Source of the DNA: Candidatus Latescibacterota bacterium | Lineage (GTDB): Bacteria; Latescibacterota; UBA2968; GCA-2709665 | DNA: 64,000 bases | Direction of reading: 5' to 3' | Assembly (NCBI GenBank): GCA_965222075.1 | Contig: OZ244937.1 | Location: 2,176,001-2,240,000, forward strand | Part shown: positions 9,430-19,072 of the stretch, one piece after another | Layout of the letters: each line of letters opens with the position of its first letter | Position numbering within the stretch: the stretch's first letter is position 1 | The notes under the pieces: model-generated | Databases searched by the model: none | The model's input: the letters and a program-made list of their open reading frames with translations, nothing else | What the model was told of the DNA's origin: nothing | Program-made: the position numbers and the translations under genes

Positions 9430-11436
9430 ATGCCGAAAAAGCGCAAGATCACCTGCAACGATCTCTACAAATTCCAGCTCGTCGCTGATGCGCAACTCTC
9501 TCCCAACGGCAAAGACGTCCTCTTTACCCTCACCCGGTTCCATCCCGATAGAAAAAAGGACACCTGCGAAAGCCACATCTGGCGGGTTCCCACCTCCAGC
9601 GGCGCCCCGCAGCAATTCACCAGCTCCAACGAATCCGAATCCACCCCCCGGTGGAGCCCGGACGGCAGCCGCATCCTCTTCCTCTCCGCCCGCGATGCAA
9701 AGGAAGAGCGAAAAGGGAAAAGCCAGCTCTGGATCATTCCGGCCACCGGCGGTGAGGCCGTAAAGATCACCGATGAAAAACACGGCGTCTCAGCGCCCGG
9801 ATGGTCGCCCGACGGAAAGAAAATCCTCTTCTTTGGCCGCGTGTCTGTCGATCCCCAGGAAGACAAGCTCCCCAAAGAAAAAAAAGGCGACGTCGTACGC
9901 ATCAAACGCCTCTCTTATCGTATGAACGGCGGGGGCTATCACCACACCTACCGCACCCACCTCTTCATCGTCTCCGCCCAGGGCGGCAGACCCCGCTGGA
10001 TCACGCGCGGAGACTGGGACGTGGAAACCGCTGCCTGGTCGACGGATGGGAAAAGGATCTTCTTTACCGGAAACGCCGAAGAGGACCTTGATTATACCTA
10101 CGCCCGCAACCTCTACGCGGTCCCCGCCGGAGGGGGAAAAATCAGAAAACTCTGCGATCTTTCGGGGCTGATCGGGTACCCCGCCCCCTCACCCGACGGA
10201 AAAACCATCGCCTTCATCGGAAACGACCTGAAGCGTTCTTACGGCACGAACAACAGCCTGTACCTGGTACCCGTCTCCGGCGGAAAATCGGTAAACGTCT
10301 CCCGGCACGCGGACATCAACATCGGCCAGAGCGTCGGTTCCGACTCCCGCGCCGACTCCCCGCCCTTCGGTCCTGTCTGGAGTCCCGACGGCCGTGAGGT
10401 CAAATTCCTCGCCTCGGTCAAAGGCGCCGACCGGCTCTTCTCTCTCAACACACAGACAAAAGAGATTACCGCCTGCACGTCGGACGATCAAACGGTCGAA
10501 TCCGTCTCCTACAACACCGACCACACCGTCGCGGCCTACACCCGGATGACCCCCACCGAGCTGGCCGAGGTCTGGGTCTGGAAACAGGGCCGCCCCGAAA
10601 AGCGCCTCACAAAATTCAACACCGCCCTCCTCTCCCGCCTGAACCTGGCCTCTCCCAAACGCTTCGCCTTCAAAGCCAGCGACAGCACCGAGGTCGAGGG
10701 CTGGATCATGCTCCCCTCCGACTCCCGCCGCAAAAAACACCCCGCCATCCTGGAAATCCACGGCGGCCCCCGCACGGCCTACGGCCTCGGCTTCTTCCAC
10801 GAATTCCACCTCATCAATGCCGCCGGCTTCGCTGTCTTCTACACCAACCCGCGCGGCTCCTCCAGCTACGGGGAGGACTGGGCCTGCGCCAGTATCTACG
10901 GCGACCGCGACTATAAAGACGTGATGGAAACCGTGAACCACGTCCTCAAAACCGAGCCCGTAGACCCCCAAAGACTCGGCGTTACCGGCGGCAGCTACGG
11001 CGGCTTTATGACCAACTGGATCGTGGGCCACACCGGCCGCTTCAAAGCCGCCTGCACGCAGCGCTCCATCAGCAACTGGGCCAGCTTCTTCGGCACCTCC
11101 GACATCGGCTGGCGCTTCTCCCAGGAAGAGATCGGCGGCCTCCCCTGGAAGAACCTGGAAGAATACTGGAAGCGCTCCCCCATCGCCTACGTCGAAAAGA
11201 TCACCACCCCCCTGCTCATCATCCACTCCGAAGAGGACTGGCGCTGCCCCATCGAACAGGCCGAACAGCTCTACACCGCCCTCAAATGGCTCAAGAAAGA
11301 CACTGAGTTCATCCGCTTCCCCAAAGAATCCCACGAACTCTCCCGCTCCGGCAAGCCGGTGCACCGCATCGAGAGATTGCAGGCCATCATCGGCTGGTTC
11401 GAGTGGAAGGTGATGGGGAGGAAAAACCAAAAATGA
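9430..11436 (+). CDS. S9 family peptidase (acylaminoacyl peptidase-like)
   Basis: WSPDG propeller repeats, IHGGP, GGSYGG, catalytic D and ESH. Confidence 0.92.
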   Translation: MPKKRKITCNDLYKFQLVADAQLSPNGKDVLFTLTRFHPDRKKDTCESHIWRVPTSSGAPQQFTSSNESESTPRWSPDGSRILFLSARDAKEERKGKSQLWIIPATGGEAVKITDEKHGVSAPGWSPDGKKILFFGRVSVDPQEDKLPKEKKGDVVRIKRLSYRMNGGGYHHTYRTHLFIVSAQGGRPRWITRGDWDVETAAWSTDGKRIFFTGNAEEDLDYTYARNLYAVPAGGGKIRKLCDLSGLIGYPAPSPDGKTIAFIGNDLKRSYGTNNSLYLVPVSGGKSVNVSRHADINIGQSVGSDSRADSPPFGPVWSPDGREVKFLASVKGADRLFSLNTQTKEITACTSDDQTVESVSYNTDHTVAAYTRMTPTELAEVWVWKQGRPEKRLTKFNTALLSRLNLASPKRFAFKASDSTEVEGWIMLPSDSRRKKHPAILEIHGGPRTAYGLGFFHEFHLINAAGFAVFYTNPRGSSSYGEDWACASIYGDRDYKDVMETVNHVLKTEPVDPQRLGVTGGSYGGFMTNWIVGHTGRFKAACTQRSISNWASFFGTSDIGWRFSQEEIGGLPWKNLEEYWKRSPIAYVEKITTPLLIIHSEEDWRCPIEQAEQLYTALKWLKKDTEFIRFPKESHELSRSGKPVHRIERLQAIIGWFEWKVMGRKNQK

Positions 11437-11646
11437 AAACCCAAAAAACAGCAACCGGGCCAGCTTCTTCCGTACCTCCGACAGCTGTTTTTGAAGGCCT
11501 TTCCTCGTCAATTCTCAGCAAGGATTGCATAACAGCCTGTACCTTTGTTATATTATGTGCGGACCGATGAGGGATTATTATAGTGCAGAATGTGCCAAAG
11601 GTGTTTGGAGTACAAGGATTGATCTCTACCGACACGGGATATAGGA

Positions 11647-11731
11647 TCGGAAAGCGCCCAGTCCAGGCCGCATCGCCGTCAAGGTCATCAACCACCTGGA
11701 GGACGAGGTGATGAAAGTGTTTCGCACATGA
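11647..11731 (+). pseudogene. 3' stub of a Type III R-M methyltransferase (Mod)
   Basis: Translates GRIAVKVINHLEDEVMKVFRT*, which I recognise as the C-terminus of Mod proteins paired with BPTD_3080-type Res; its stop overlaps the DUF262 ATG (ATGA). Confidence 0.7.
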
Positions 11732-13443
11732 ACTTCAACACGACCAACAACACGTTTCGCCAGTTAATGGGGAATGGGCTAAGTTATCGCGTTCCGAAGT
11801 TTCAACGGGACTATTCCTGGGGCCTCGACGAATGGGACGACCTGTGGCAGGACATTGTTGCGCTGTTCGGCGAGGACCCGGAACCCGCTCATTACATGGG
11901 CTATCTGGTACTGCAATCGGCGGACAACAGGGCGTTCGACATCATTGATGGACAGCAGCGCATGACCACGCTGAGCCTGTTAATGCTGGCAGCGGTGGCG
12001 CATCTGGCGGACTTGGCACCGCCGGGTGATCTGAATGACCCGCAACATCGGCGCGCTGAGCAGTTGCGTAGCAACTACATCGGCTACCTGGACCCGGTGA
12101 GCCTGGTATCGCGCTCCAAGCTAACGCTGAATCGGCATAACGATCGCTTTTACCAGAATTACCTGGTACCCCTGGAGCATCTGCCGCAAAGAGGCTTGAA
12201 CGCATCGGAACATCTACTGCGCCGGGCGTTTCTCTGGTTCAAGGAGCACATCAAGGAACGATCAGGTAATGACGGTGAATCGGTGGCGCGCTTTGTTGAC
12301 GTCGCGGTGGATAAGCTGTTCTTTACGATCATCACCGTGACTGACGAATTAAATGCCTTCAAGGTGTTCGAGACGCTGAACGCTCGCGGCGTGCGCTTGT
12401 CCGCCACCGATTTACTTAAGAATTACTTGTTTTCCGTCGTCTCGCGTGGCAACCCGCACGAATCGGAGATCAACACCCTGGAAGATCGATGGGAGGGAAT
12501 CGTCGGGCTACTGGGCAGTGAGAGCTTTCCCGAGTTCTTGCGGGTCTTCTGGAACAGCCGCAACAGGCTGGTGCGCAAGGCGAACTTGTTCAAAACCATT
12601 CGTGGCGCGATCACTGACAAGTCCGAAGTGTTTGAGCTGATCCGTGATATGGACAGGAGCGCCCGGGTGTACGCGGCCTTGCGCAGCCCGGAGGACGGAT
12701 CCTGGACAGCGGAGGAACGTGACAGCCTGGCCCAGTTGCAGATGTTCAACGTGCGTCAGCCGTTAGCATTACTGTTGGCGGCATTCGAGCGATTCGAGGA
12801 AGACAACCGCACCGGCTTTGGAAGCTTTCTGCGGGCTATCGCGGTAGTGTCGTTTCGATACAACGTGATTTGTAGCCGCCAAAGCAACGAGCAGGAGGTT
12901 GTATACAACCAGATTGCCCGTGGGATTTCGGCAGGCCGGATTAACAGCACGGCCGCAGCGATTGCGGAACTGCGGCCTGTCTATCCCGAGGACGCGGAAT
13001 TCAGGGCGGCGTTTGCAGACAAGGCGCTACGAACGCCCAGTAGCCGTAACAATAAAGTCGTGCGCTTTATCCTGTTTCGGCTTGAAGCGCAGTTGTCGGG
13101 ACAGCACTTTGAATTCGAGAGCGCGAGATACGGCATCGAACATGTGCTGCCGGAGAATCCCGGCGGTGACTGGGAGCAGTTTGATGACCAGCAGCGAGAG
13201 GCGTCCACCTACCGTCTGGGTAACATGATCCTCATGGCGACCGCGGACAATCGCGATCTGGGAAACGCGGGATTCGCCGAAAAACGACCGGTTTACCATG
13301 AGAGTAACTTCGCCATCACCCGCAGGCTGGCAGAAGACTACGACACCTGGACCGTGGAGAAGATTCGCACACACCAAGCCTGGATGGCGAAACAGGCTAC
13401 GGGCATATGGCGAATTAATCTCTGATGAGAAATGCGATTTCGC
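11672..13443 (+). repeat. ~1.77 kb direct repeat, copy 1 (mod 3' stub + DUF262 gene + phzF-like 5' stub)
   Basis: Collinear with 20453..22224 at a constant offset of 8781, with scattered substitutions. Confidence 0.95.
11728..13425 (+). CDS. DUF262-DUF1524 protein (GmrSD-like modification-dependent restriction nuclease), copy 1
   Basis: QRDYSW, IIDGQQR, FETLNARG (DUF262); EHVLP...LGN (HNH-like DUF1524). Confidence 0.9.
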   Translation: MNFNTTNNTFRQLMGNGLSYRVPKFQRDYSWGLDEWDDLWQDIVALFGEDPEPAHYMGYLVLQSADNRAFDIIDGQQRMTTLSLLMLAAVAHLADLAPPGDLNDPQHRRAEQLRSNYIGYLDPVSLVSRSKLTLNRHNDRFYQNYLVPLEHLPQRGLNASEHLLRRAFLWFKEHIKERSGNDGESVARFVDVAVDKLFFTIITVTDELNAFKVFETLNARGVRLSATDLLKNYLFSVVSRGNPHESEINTLEDRWEGIVGLLGSESFPEFLRVFWNSRNRLVRKANLFKTIRGAITDKSEVFELIRDMDRSARVYAALRSPEDGSWTAEERDSLAQLQMFNVRQPLALLLAAFERFEEDNRTGFGSFLRAIAVVSFRYNVICSRQSNEQEVVYNQIARGISAGRINSTAAAIAELRPVYPEDAEFRAAFADKALRTPSSRNNKVVRFILFRLEAQLSGQHFEFESARYGIEHVLPENPGGDWEQFDDQQREASTYRLGNMILMATADNRDLGNAGFAEKRPVYHESNFAITRRLAEDYDTWTVEKIRTHQAWMAKQATGIWRINL

Positions 13444-13533
13444 GTGGCCGACCCGCCCGCGAGGGCGCAAACTGGGAACCTCTACAGTGACCCGCCTGCT
13501 CGTCCATTCGGAAAGCGCCCAGTCCAGGCCGCA
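13432..13533 (+). pseudogene. chimeric stub: phzF-like N-terminus plus a second mod 3' fragment
   Basis: MRFRVAD start; LYSD..ARPFGK; 26 bp at 13508..13533 identical to 11647..11672. Confidence 0.5.
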
Positions 13534-13624
13534 ATCCTGCCAAATAGGACTCGCCAAAAAGATGATTCTCCAAATTTGGCTATCGTCTGGCTGTCTGATG
13601 GGGTGAGACATGGAGTGTATCAAC

Positions 13625-16600
13625 TTGACTGATCCATTCTTCGAACAACCTGTCCTCAACTCGCCTTACGAGTGCCCGAGCCGGCATTGGGAACTGGACG
13701 AGACGGGGCAGCCGACCCAGAAGATCATCGAAAGCCGCAGGCAGGCTGAATTCATCACGCCGATCCCGAAGCCGAAGAAGCGCAAGGGATCATCCGCGCA
13801 ACAGGCCACGCTGGTGTTCGACAAATCGGCAAAGAAGCTCCAGACCGACAGCCAGCAGTACGACTTGACGGAGATCATCAACGGAGTTCGCCGGCAGGTC
13901 GACCGATGGCGAAAAATACCTGATCAGCGCCAATGGCAGGTGACCCCGGAGACCGCTCGCCTGCTCCAGCACTGGCGGCACCACCGATTCAGTGACATCC
14001 AGCCCTTCTTCTGCCAGATCGAAGCGGTAGAGACCGCCATCTGGCTCACCGAGGTTGCGCCGCGCACGGGCCGAGCTGGCAAGAGATTCCTCGACCATCT
14101 GGCGAATGCCAATAACGACGCCAATCCGGACCTGCAGCGGCTGGCTCTCAAGTTGGCCACAGGCACGGGGAAGACCACCGTCATGGCGATGTTGATCGTC
14201 TGGCAGACCATCAACGCGGTCCGCCGGCCCCAGAGCCACAGGTTCACGCGCGGCTTCCTGGTGGTCACGCCCGGCATCACCATCAAGGACCGCCTGCGCG
14301 TGCTGCAGCCAAACGACCCGGACAGCTACTACCGAAGCCGCGAGTTGGTCCCGAGCGACATGCTCCCCGATCTGGAAAAGGCAAAGATCGTCATCACCAA
14401 CTACCACGCCTTCAAGCTGCGTGAACGCCTGGAACTATCCAAAGGCGGCCGTTCCTTGCTTCAGGGACGAGGCGAGACGCTCACGACCCTGGAAACCGAG
14501 GGACAAATGCTGCAACGGGTTATGCCCGAACTCATGGGAGTAAAAAACATCCTGGTCCTCAACGATGAGGCGCACCACTGCTATCGCGAGAAGCCGGGCG
14601 AGGGGGAGGAAGGCGCGCTCAAAGGAGAGGACAGGAAAGAAGCCCAAAAGAACACGGAAGCCGCGCGGCTGTGGATTTCGGGGCTCGAAACAGTCGGTGA
14701 AAAGCTTGGCATCAGCCAGGTAGTGGATCTCTCTGCAACGCCTTTCTTTTTGCGTGGATCAGGCTATTCCGAAGGGACATTGTTCCACTGGACGATGTGC
14801 GACTTTTCGCTCATGGACGCCATCGAATGCGGCATCGTCAAACTTCCCCGCGTGCCGGTGGCCGACAACATCCCCGGCGGCGACATGCCCAAATTCCGCA
14901 ATCTCTGGGAACACATCCGCACCAACATGCCAAAGAAGGGACGGGGCAAGAGCAAGCATCTCGATCCTCTGAGTCTGCCTGTGGAGCTACAGACCGCCCT
15001 GGAGGCCCTGTACGGGCATTACCGGAAGATCTTCACACTCATGGAGAAGGCGCGCATTGACGTTCCGCCGTGCTTCATTGTGGTCTGCAACAACACCTCG
15101 ACCTCCAAGCTGGTCTACGACTACATCTCCGGCTTCCACCGTGAGAACGACGACGGCTCAACGACGTTCGAAAACGGGCGCCTGGAGTTGTTTCGCAACT
15201 TCGACGAGGATGGCAACCGGTACCCAAGGCCCCGCACGCTGTTGATCGACAGCCAACAACTGGAGTCCGGTGACGCTCTGGACAAGAACTTCCGCAAGAT
15301 CGCCGCTGATGAGATCGAACGCTTTCGGCGAGAAATCATCGAGCGCACCGGCGACCGCCACCAGGCCGAGAAGATCAGCGACCAGGATCTGCTCCGCGAA
15401 GTGATGAACACCGTCGGCAAACCGGGCCGGCTGGGGGATTCGATCCGCTGTGTCGTATCGGTATCAATGCTCACTGAAGGATGGGATGCGAACACCGTCA
15501 GCCATGTCCTCGGCGTTCGTGCTTTCGGGACGCAGTTGCTCTGTGAGCAGGTCGTCGGTCGCGCGCTGCGGCGGCAATCCTACGATCTCAATGAAGATGG
15601 CCTGTTCGACGTCGAGTACGCGGACGTATTGGGCATACCGTTCGACTTTACGGCGAAGCCCGTCGTAGTCGCACCTCCGCGGCCGCGAGAGACCGTCCAC
15701 GTGAGGGCCGTGCGACCCGAACGGGACGCGCTCGAGATCCGTTTTCCGCGGGTGGCCGGGTATCGAGTGGAATTGCCGGAGGAAAGGCTTAGCGCCGAGT
15801 TCAACGAGGACTCAGTGCTGGAACTGACACCGGATCTGGTCGGTCCGTCAATCACCACGAACCAGGGGATTATCGGCGAGGGCGTTGACCTCAACCTGGT
15901 TCACACCAACGACCTGCGGCACTCGACCCTTCTGTTCCATCTCACCCAGCGGCTGCTCTACACCAAGTGGCGCGATCCGGGCGAAGAACCAAAGCTCCAT
16001 CTCTTTGGAGAACTCAAGCGCATCACCAGACAGTGGCTCGATGGCTGCCTCGTCTGCAAGGGCAGCACCTACCCTGCGCAACTTATGTACCAGGAACTGG
16101 CCGACATCGCCTGTGAGCGCATCACGGCCGCCATCACGCGAAAGGAAAGCCGCAGCCGTCCGGTCAAAGCTGTGCTCGATCCGTACAATCCCGTCGGCTC
16201 CACAGCCCACGTCAACTTCAACACGACCAGGACCAGCCGGTACGAAACGGACGCGCGCCGTTGTCACATCAACTGGGTCGTCCTCGACAGCGACTGGGAA
16301 GCGGAGTTTTGCCGCGTAGCTGAATCCCATCCGCGCGTCAAAGCCTACGTCAAGAATCACAATCTCGGTCTCGAGGTGCCCTATCGCCACGGGTCTCAAT
16401 CGCGGACCTATATTCCGGACTTTATCGTGGTCGTCGACGATGGCCATGGCGACGACGATCTCCTGCATCTCATTGTCGAGATCAAAGGCTATCGAAGAGA
16501 GGACGCCAAAGAGAAAAAGGCCACCATGGACACCTACTGGGTGCCCGGCGTGAATCATCACGGCCGCTACGGCCGCTGGGCCTTTGCGGAGTTCACCGAC

Positions 16601-16702
16601 GTGTACGAGATGCAGTCGGACTTCGAGGCCAGAGTCGAAGCCGAGTTCAACGAGATGATCGAGCGACACGCCGCTCGCCGTGCTTCGACAGAATCCAACT
16701 GA
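13625..16702 (+). CDS. Type III restriction endonuclease Res subunit (BPTD_3080-like)
   Basis: LATGTGKT Walker A, DEAH, EGWD, EQVVGRALRR, PDF...EIKG nuclease motif; TTG start after GGAG (ORF track gives 13610). Confidence 0.9.
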   Translation: MTDPFFEQPVLNSPYECPSRHWELDETGQPTQKIIESRRQAEFITPIPKPKKRKGSSAQQATLVFDKSAKKLQTDSQQYDLTEIINGVRRQVDRWRKIPDQRQWQVTPETARLLQHWRHHRFSDIQPFFCQIEAVETAIWLTEVAPRTGRAGKRFLDHLANANNDANPDLQRLALKLATGTGKTTVMAMLIVWQTINAVRRPQSHRFTRGFLVVTPGITIKDRLRVLQPNDPDSYYRSRELVPSDMLPDLEKAKIVITNYHAFKLRERLELSKGGRSLLQGRGETLTTLETEGQMLQRVMPELMGVKNILVLNDEAHHCYREKPGEGEEGALKGEDRKEAQKNTEAARLWISGLETVGEKLGISQVVDLSATPFFLRGSGYSEGTLFHWTMCDFSLMDAIECGIVKLPRVPVADNIPGGDMPKFRNLWEHIRTNMPKKGRGKSKHLDPLSLPVELQTALEALYGHYRKIFTLMEKARIDVPPCFIVVCNNTSTSKLVYDYISGFHRENDDGSTTFENGRLELFRNFDEDGNRYPRPRTLLIDSQQLESGDALDKNFRKIAADEIERFRREIIERTGDRHQAEKISDQDLLREVMNTVGKPGRLGDSIRCVVSVSMLTEGWDANTVSHVLGVRAFGTQLLCEQVVGRALRRQSYDLNEDGLFDVEYADVLGIPFDFTAKPVVVAPPRPRETVHVRAVRPERDALEIRFPRVAGYRVELPEERLSAEFNEDSVLELTPDLVGPSITTNQGIIGEGVDLNLVHTNDLRHSTLLFHLTQRLLYTKWRDPGEEPKLHLFGELKRITRQWLDGCLVCKGSTYPAQLMYQELADIACERITAAITRKESRSRPVKAVLDPYNPVGSTAHVNFNTTRTSRYETDARRCHINWVVLDSDWEAEFCRVAESHPRVKAYVKNHNLGLEVPYRHGSQSRTYIPDFIVVVDDGHGDDDLLHLIVEIKGYRREDAKEKKATMDTYWVPGVNHHGRYGRWAFAEFTDVYEMQSDFEARVEAEFNEMIERHAARRASTESN

Positions 16703-16767
16703 ACTCGCCCTCTTCGGTTCCTTCGCACGCGATCAGGCTGCCGAAGACAGTGACAGCCCCTGCCATA

Positions 16768-16796
16768 TTGACAATGTATATACATTATCGTAAGTT
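16768..16796 (+). promoter_or_regulatory. TA promoter with palindromic operator
   Basis: TTGACA-17 bp-TAAGTT; perfect 14-bp palindrome AATGTATATACATT at 16773..16786. Confidence 0.75.
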
Positions 16797-16802
16797 TGTG
16801 GC

Positions 16803-16918
16803 ATGAACATTACAATTCGGCTTCGTGGTATCGAGTTCGAATGGGACAGCACATGGTAGAAGCAAGTCGCGGGCGGCCATCCACGCCAGCCGAGAGAAAG
16901 AACTATGAAGAGCGATGA
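16803..16918 (+). pseudogene. BrnT-like toxin remnant (middle deleted)
   Basis: N-terminus MNITIRLRGIEFEWD then stop; C-terminus ...TPAERKNYEER* in another frame, overlapping the antitoxin start. Confidence 0.7.
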
Positions 16919-17195
16919 CTTGCGGAGACGACTGAACAAGAATCGGACGATGGTCCCTGTGAGCATTCGTATGCCGGAGGACGTGATTGAAGATCTTAAG
17001 CGAATCGCCCCCCAATTGGGATTCTCCGGATACCAACCACTCATTCGAGCCTACATAGGCCAGGGTCTTCGTCAGGATCTCGTGCGACTGGAAAACAACC
17101 CTGGACTTGAACGATTCGTCGAAAGTCTGCAGAACCACGGTGTAGACACGAAAACCATCGAACAAGCCATGGCCGATGCGAGGCGTTCTACCTGA
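16905..17195 (+). CDS. RHH/CopG-like antitoxin (BrnT partner)
   Basis: VSIRMPEDVIEDLKRIAPQLGFSGYQPLIRAYIGQGLR; position directly after the brnT remnant. Confidence 0.8.
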   Translation: MKSDDLRRRLNKNRTMVPVSIRMPEDVIEDLKRIAPQLGFSGYQPLIRAYIGQGLRQDLVRLENNPGLERFVESLQNHGVDTKTIEQAMADARRST

Positions 17196-17246
17196 TTTCC
17201 GAGGTCCGAATCTCTTTTACGCTGTCGCCTTACAGGCAGTCCGGGG

Positions 17247-17317
17247 GGGTTACAGTCGCTTCACGCCTTCCAATGGGCCAAGCATTCCGTGCTTGGCCAC
17301 TGAACGGACCGTTATAC
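17247..17317 (+). other. degenerate integron attC-like site
   Basis: Ends TGAAC-GGACC-GTTATAC (R' = GTTRRRY); central 9-bp inverted repeat GGCCAAGCA/TGCTTGGCC; TTCA/TGAA L boxes; R'' degenerate. Confidence 0.5.
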
Positions 17318-17320
17318 ACG

Positions 17321-17974
17321 ATGATTGCGCCGAACTACAGAAACCGTACGCCGAAAGAGATCATCTCCAAGCAGATCTATCACAACGCCTCAGGATTTAT
17401 GTACCGTGCAATGTCATGGCTCGACGTGGCAGATCAGTCTGGGCACTTCGCCGCGTTTCATTACGCCTGCATTGATGCACGGCTGGCTATCGAGCACCTC
17501 ATCTTCGAACAATTGGCCATTACCGCCGGCGATGACTTGGATGCCGAGAAATATAAGCGCTGTGTAGACAACCCTGGGAAACTCGACAAGCTTCTTCAGC
17601 AGATCGTCCCCGATTACGAGAAGTTGCAAGAATTCACTAAGCTTGTTGGTTCTCTTTCTCCCGGCCTCCCTCCGGTGAACCAATGGGATATCAAGGATTT
17701 GCGTAAGTCTTGGGGCCGCCTCTCCCGTTACCTGCATTGGACCGGTGCCCCTTCACATACTACCGAAAACCCTTCCTGGCAAGCTCAGGCGATTCAAGAA
17801 GTTGTGGCCATCATTGAGCCGATATGGCAAAAGATGAGATCCGGGCACAGCGGCTCGATCCGGCCTGAAACTATGCCGGGGCCGGTTCGGGAAATCTGGA
17901 ATGAATTCAGATCTGGCCAAATCGATTTCAAATCAGCCCAGGTTCGGCTGGACCTGGTCAGGGGTATCGACTGA
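17321..17974 (+). CDS. hypothetical protein, cassette-like
   Basis: 217-aa ORF starting 3 nt after the attC-like R'; YACIDARLAIE segment; lower GC than the core. Confidence 0.75.
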   Translation: MIAPNYRNRTPKEIISKQIYHNASGFMYRAMSWLDVADQSGHFAAFHYACIDARLAIEHLIFEQLAITAGDDLDAEKYKRCVDNPGKLDKLLQQIVPDYEKLQEFTKLVGSLSPGLPPVNQWDIKDLRKSWGRLSRYLHWTGAPSHTTENPSWQAQAIQEVVAIIEPIWQKMRSGHSGSIRPETMPGPVREIWNEFRSGQIDFKSAQVRLDLVRGID

Positions 17975-18079
17975 GGACGTAAAGGATAGCAACGGCACCG
18001 CGTTGGTGCGCAGGGCACACTGGACCGCACGTTTATGCCAGGTGTTAGTGCGCCAACGATCCTGGAATTTGAGGGACTA

Positions 18080-18406
18080 ATGAATAGAGATGAACTCCTG
18101 GACGTGCTCCGAGCACACAAGGCGACCCTTGCGCAACGCTTTGGTGTCACGAAACTCGCCTTGTTCGGATCGGTTGTTCGCAACCAGCTATCCAAAGACA
18201 GCGATGTCGACATCCTGGTTTCATTCCAGGGGAGGGCTGACTGGCGTCGGTATTTCGGCGTCCAGTTTTACCTTAAAGACCTGCTTGGCCATCCGATCAA
18301 TCTGGTCACCGACAAGGCGTTGCGGGTGACGCCACACTCTCCACACCACGGGAGAACTCGCAATGTCAGAAAAAAAACAGCACCAGGCATATCGGAGCCG
18401 GATTGA
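18080..18406 (+). pseudogene. MNT nucleotidyltransferase antitoxin with replaced C-terminus; no HEPN partner
   Basis: LFGS..R..SDVDILV; near-identical to the 19073 copy up to DKALRV, then unrelated sequence. Confidence 0.75.
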
Positions 18407-18770
18407 AGCACTACGCAGCGATGCCGAGTTCGACGGTTTCATTGTGAACGAGGCGTCCGAGAGGGATTTCTGGTCATTTGTAAATTCAGTGTCCTTCCTT
18501 CGCAAAGCGGAAGTGGTACTCGTGGACAATGGCAATCTGCGTGCTGTCTGGGACGGGAAGGATGGCAGCCACCTCGGGCTCCAGTTCCTCGGAAATCGAT
18601 TGGTAGAGTATGTTATTTTTAAACGCCGTCAGACCGACAGAGATGTTTCGCGAGCGGCCGGCCGAGACACGCTGGATGGCATCAAGAAGCAGATTCACGC
18701 TTTCGACCTCACTTTGCTGTTGCTCAGCGTGAGAAACCCTCAAACGTGGCTGGAAGTGTCCAGACACTGA
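18363..18770 (+). CDS. hypothetical protein
   Basis: 135-aa ORF with GGGAG RBS and protein-like composition. Confidence 0.6.
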   Translation: MSEKKQHQAYRSRIEALRSDAEFDGFIVNEASERDFWSFVNSVSFLRKAEVVLVDNGNLRAVWDGKDGSHLGLQFLGNRLVEYVIFKRRQTDRDVSRAAGRDTLDGIKKQIHAFDLTLLLLSVRNPQTWLEVSRH

Positions 18771-18799
18771 CAGCCGATATAAAACTCATGAGGAAACCA

Positions 18800-19003
18800 T
18801 TGAAACTGAAAGTTGTGATCCATCAAGCGGAAGAAGGCGGATATTGGGCGGAAGTACCCTCTATCCCCGGATGTGCGACGCAAGGGGAATCCTTCGAAGA
18901 GTTGCTGACCAACCTCTACGAGGCCGTTGAAGGTTGTCTGTCCGTTGAGGTTTGTGACGTCTCTGTCTCGGAGAAGGACAAGGTGATCGAAATCGCAGTA
19001 TGA
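18800..19003 (+). CDS. hicB: HicB family antitoxin
   Basis: MKLKVVIHQAEEGGYWAEVPSIPGCATQGES; TTG start after GAGG; stop overlaps a truncated ATG-AAA where hicA would start. Confidence 0.85.
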   Translation: MKLKVVIHQAEEGGYWAEVPSIPGCATQGESFEELLTNLYEAVEGCLSVEVCDVSVSEKDKVIEIAV

Positions 19004-19005
19004 AA

Positions 19006-19062
19006 CCGAGTTCAACGAGATGATCGAGCGACACGCCGCTCGCCGCGCTTCGACAGAATCCA
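19006..19062 (+). repeat. 57-bp copy of the res 3' end
   Basis: Matches 16641..16697 with one mismatch; the res reading frame continues to a TGA overlapping the MNT ATG. Confidence 0.9.
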
Positions 19063-19072
19063 GGGGAGACCG

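Noticed and set aside
13432-13632. 66-aa ORF as a real gene
   Set aside because: Chimera of phzF-like and mod stubs
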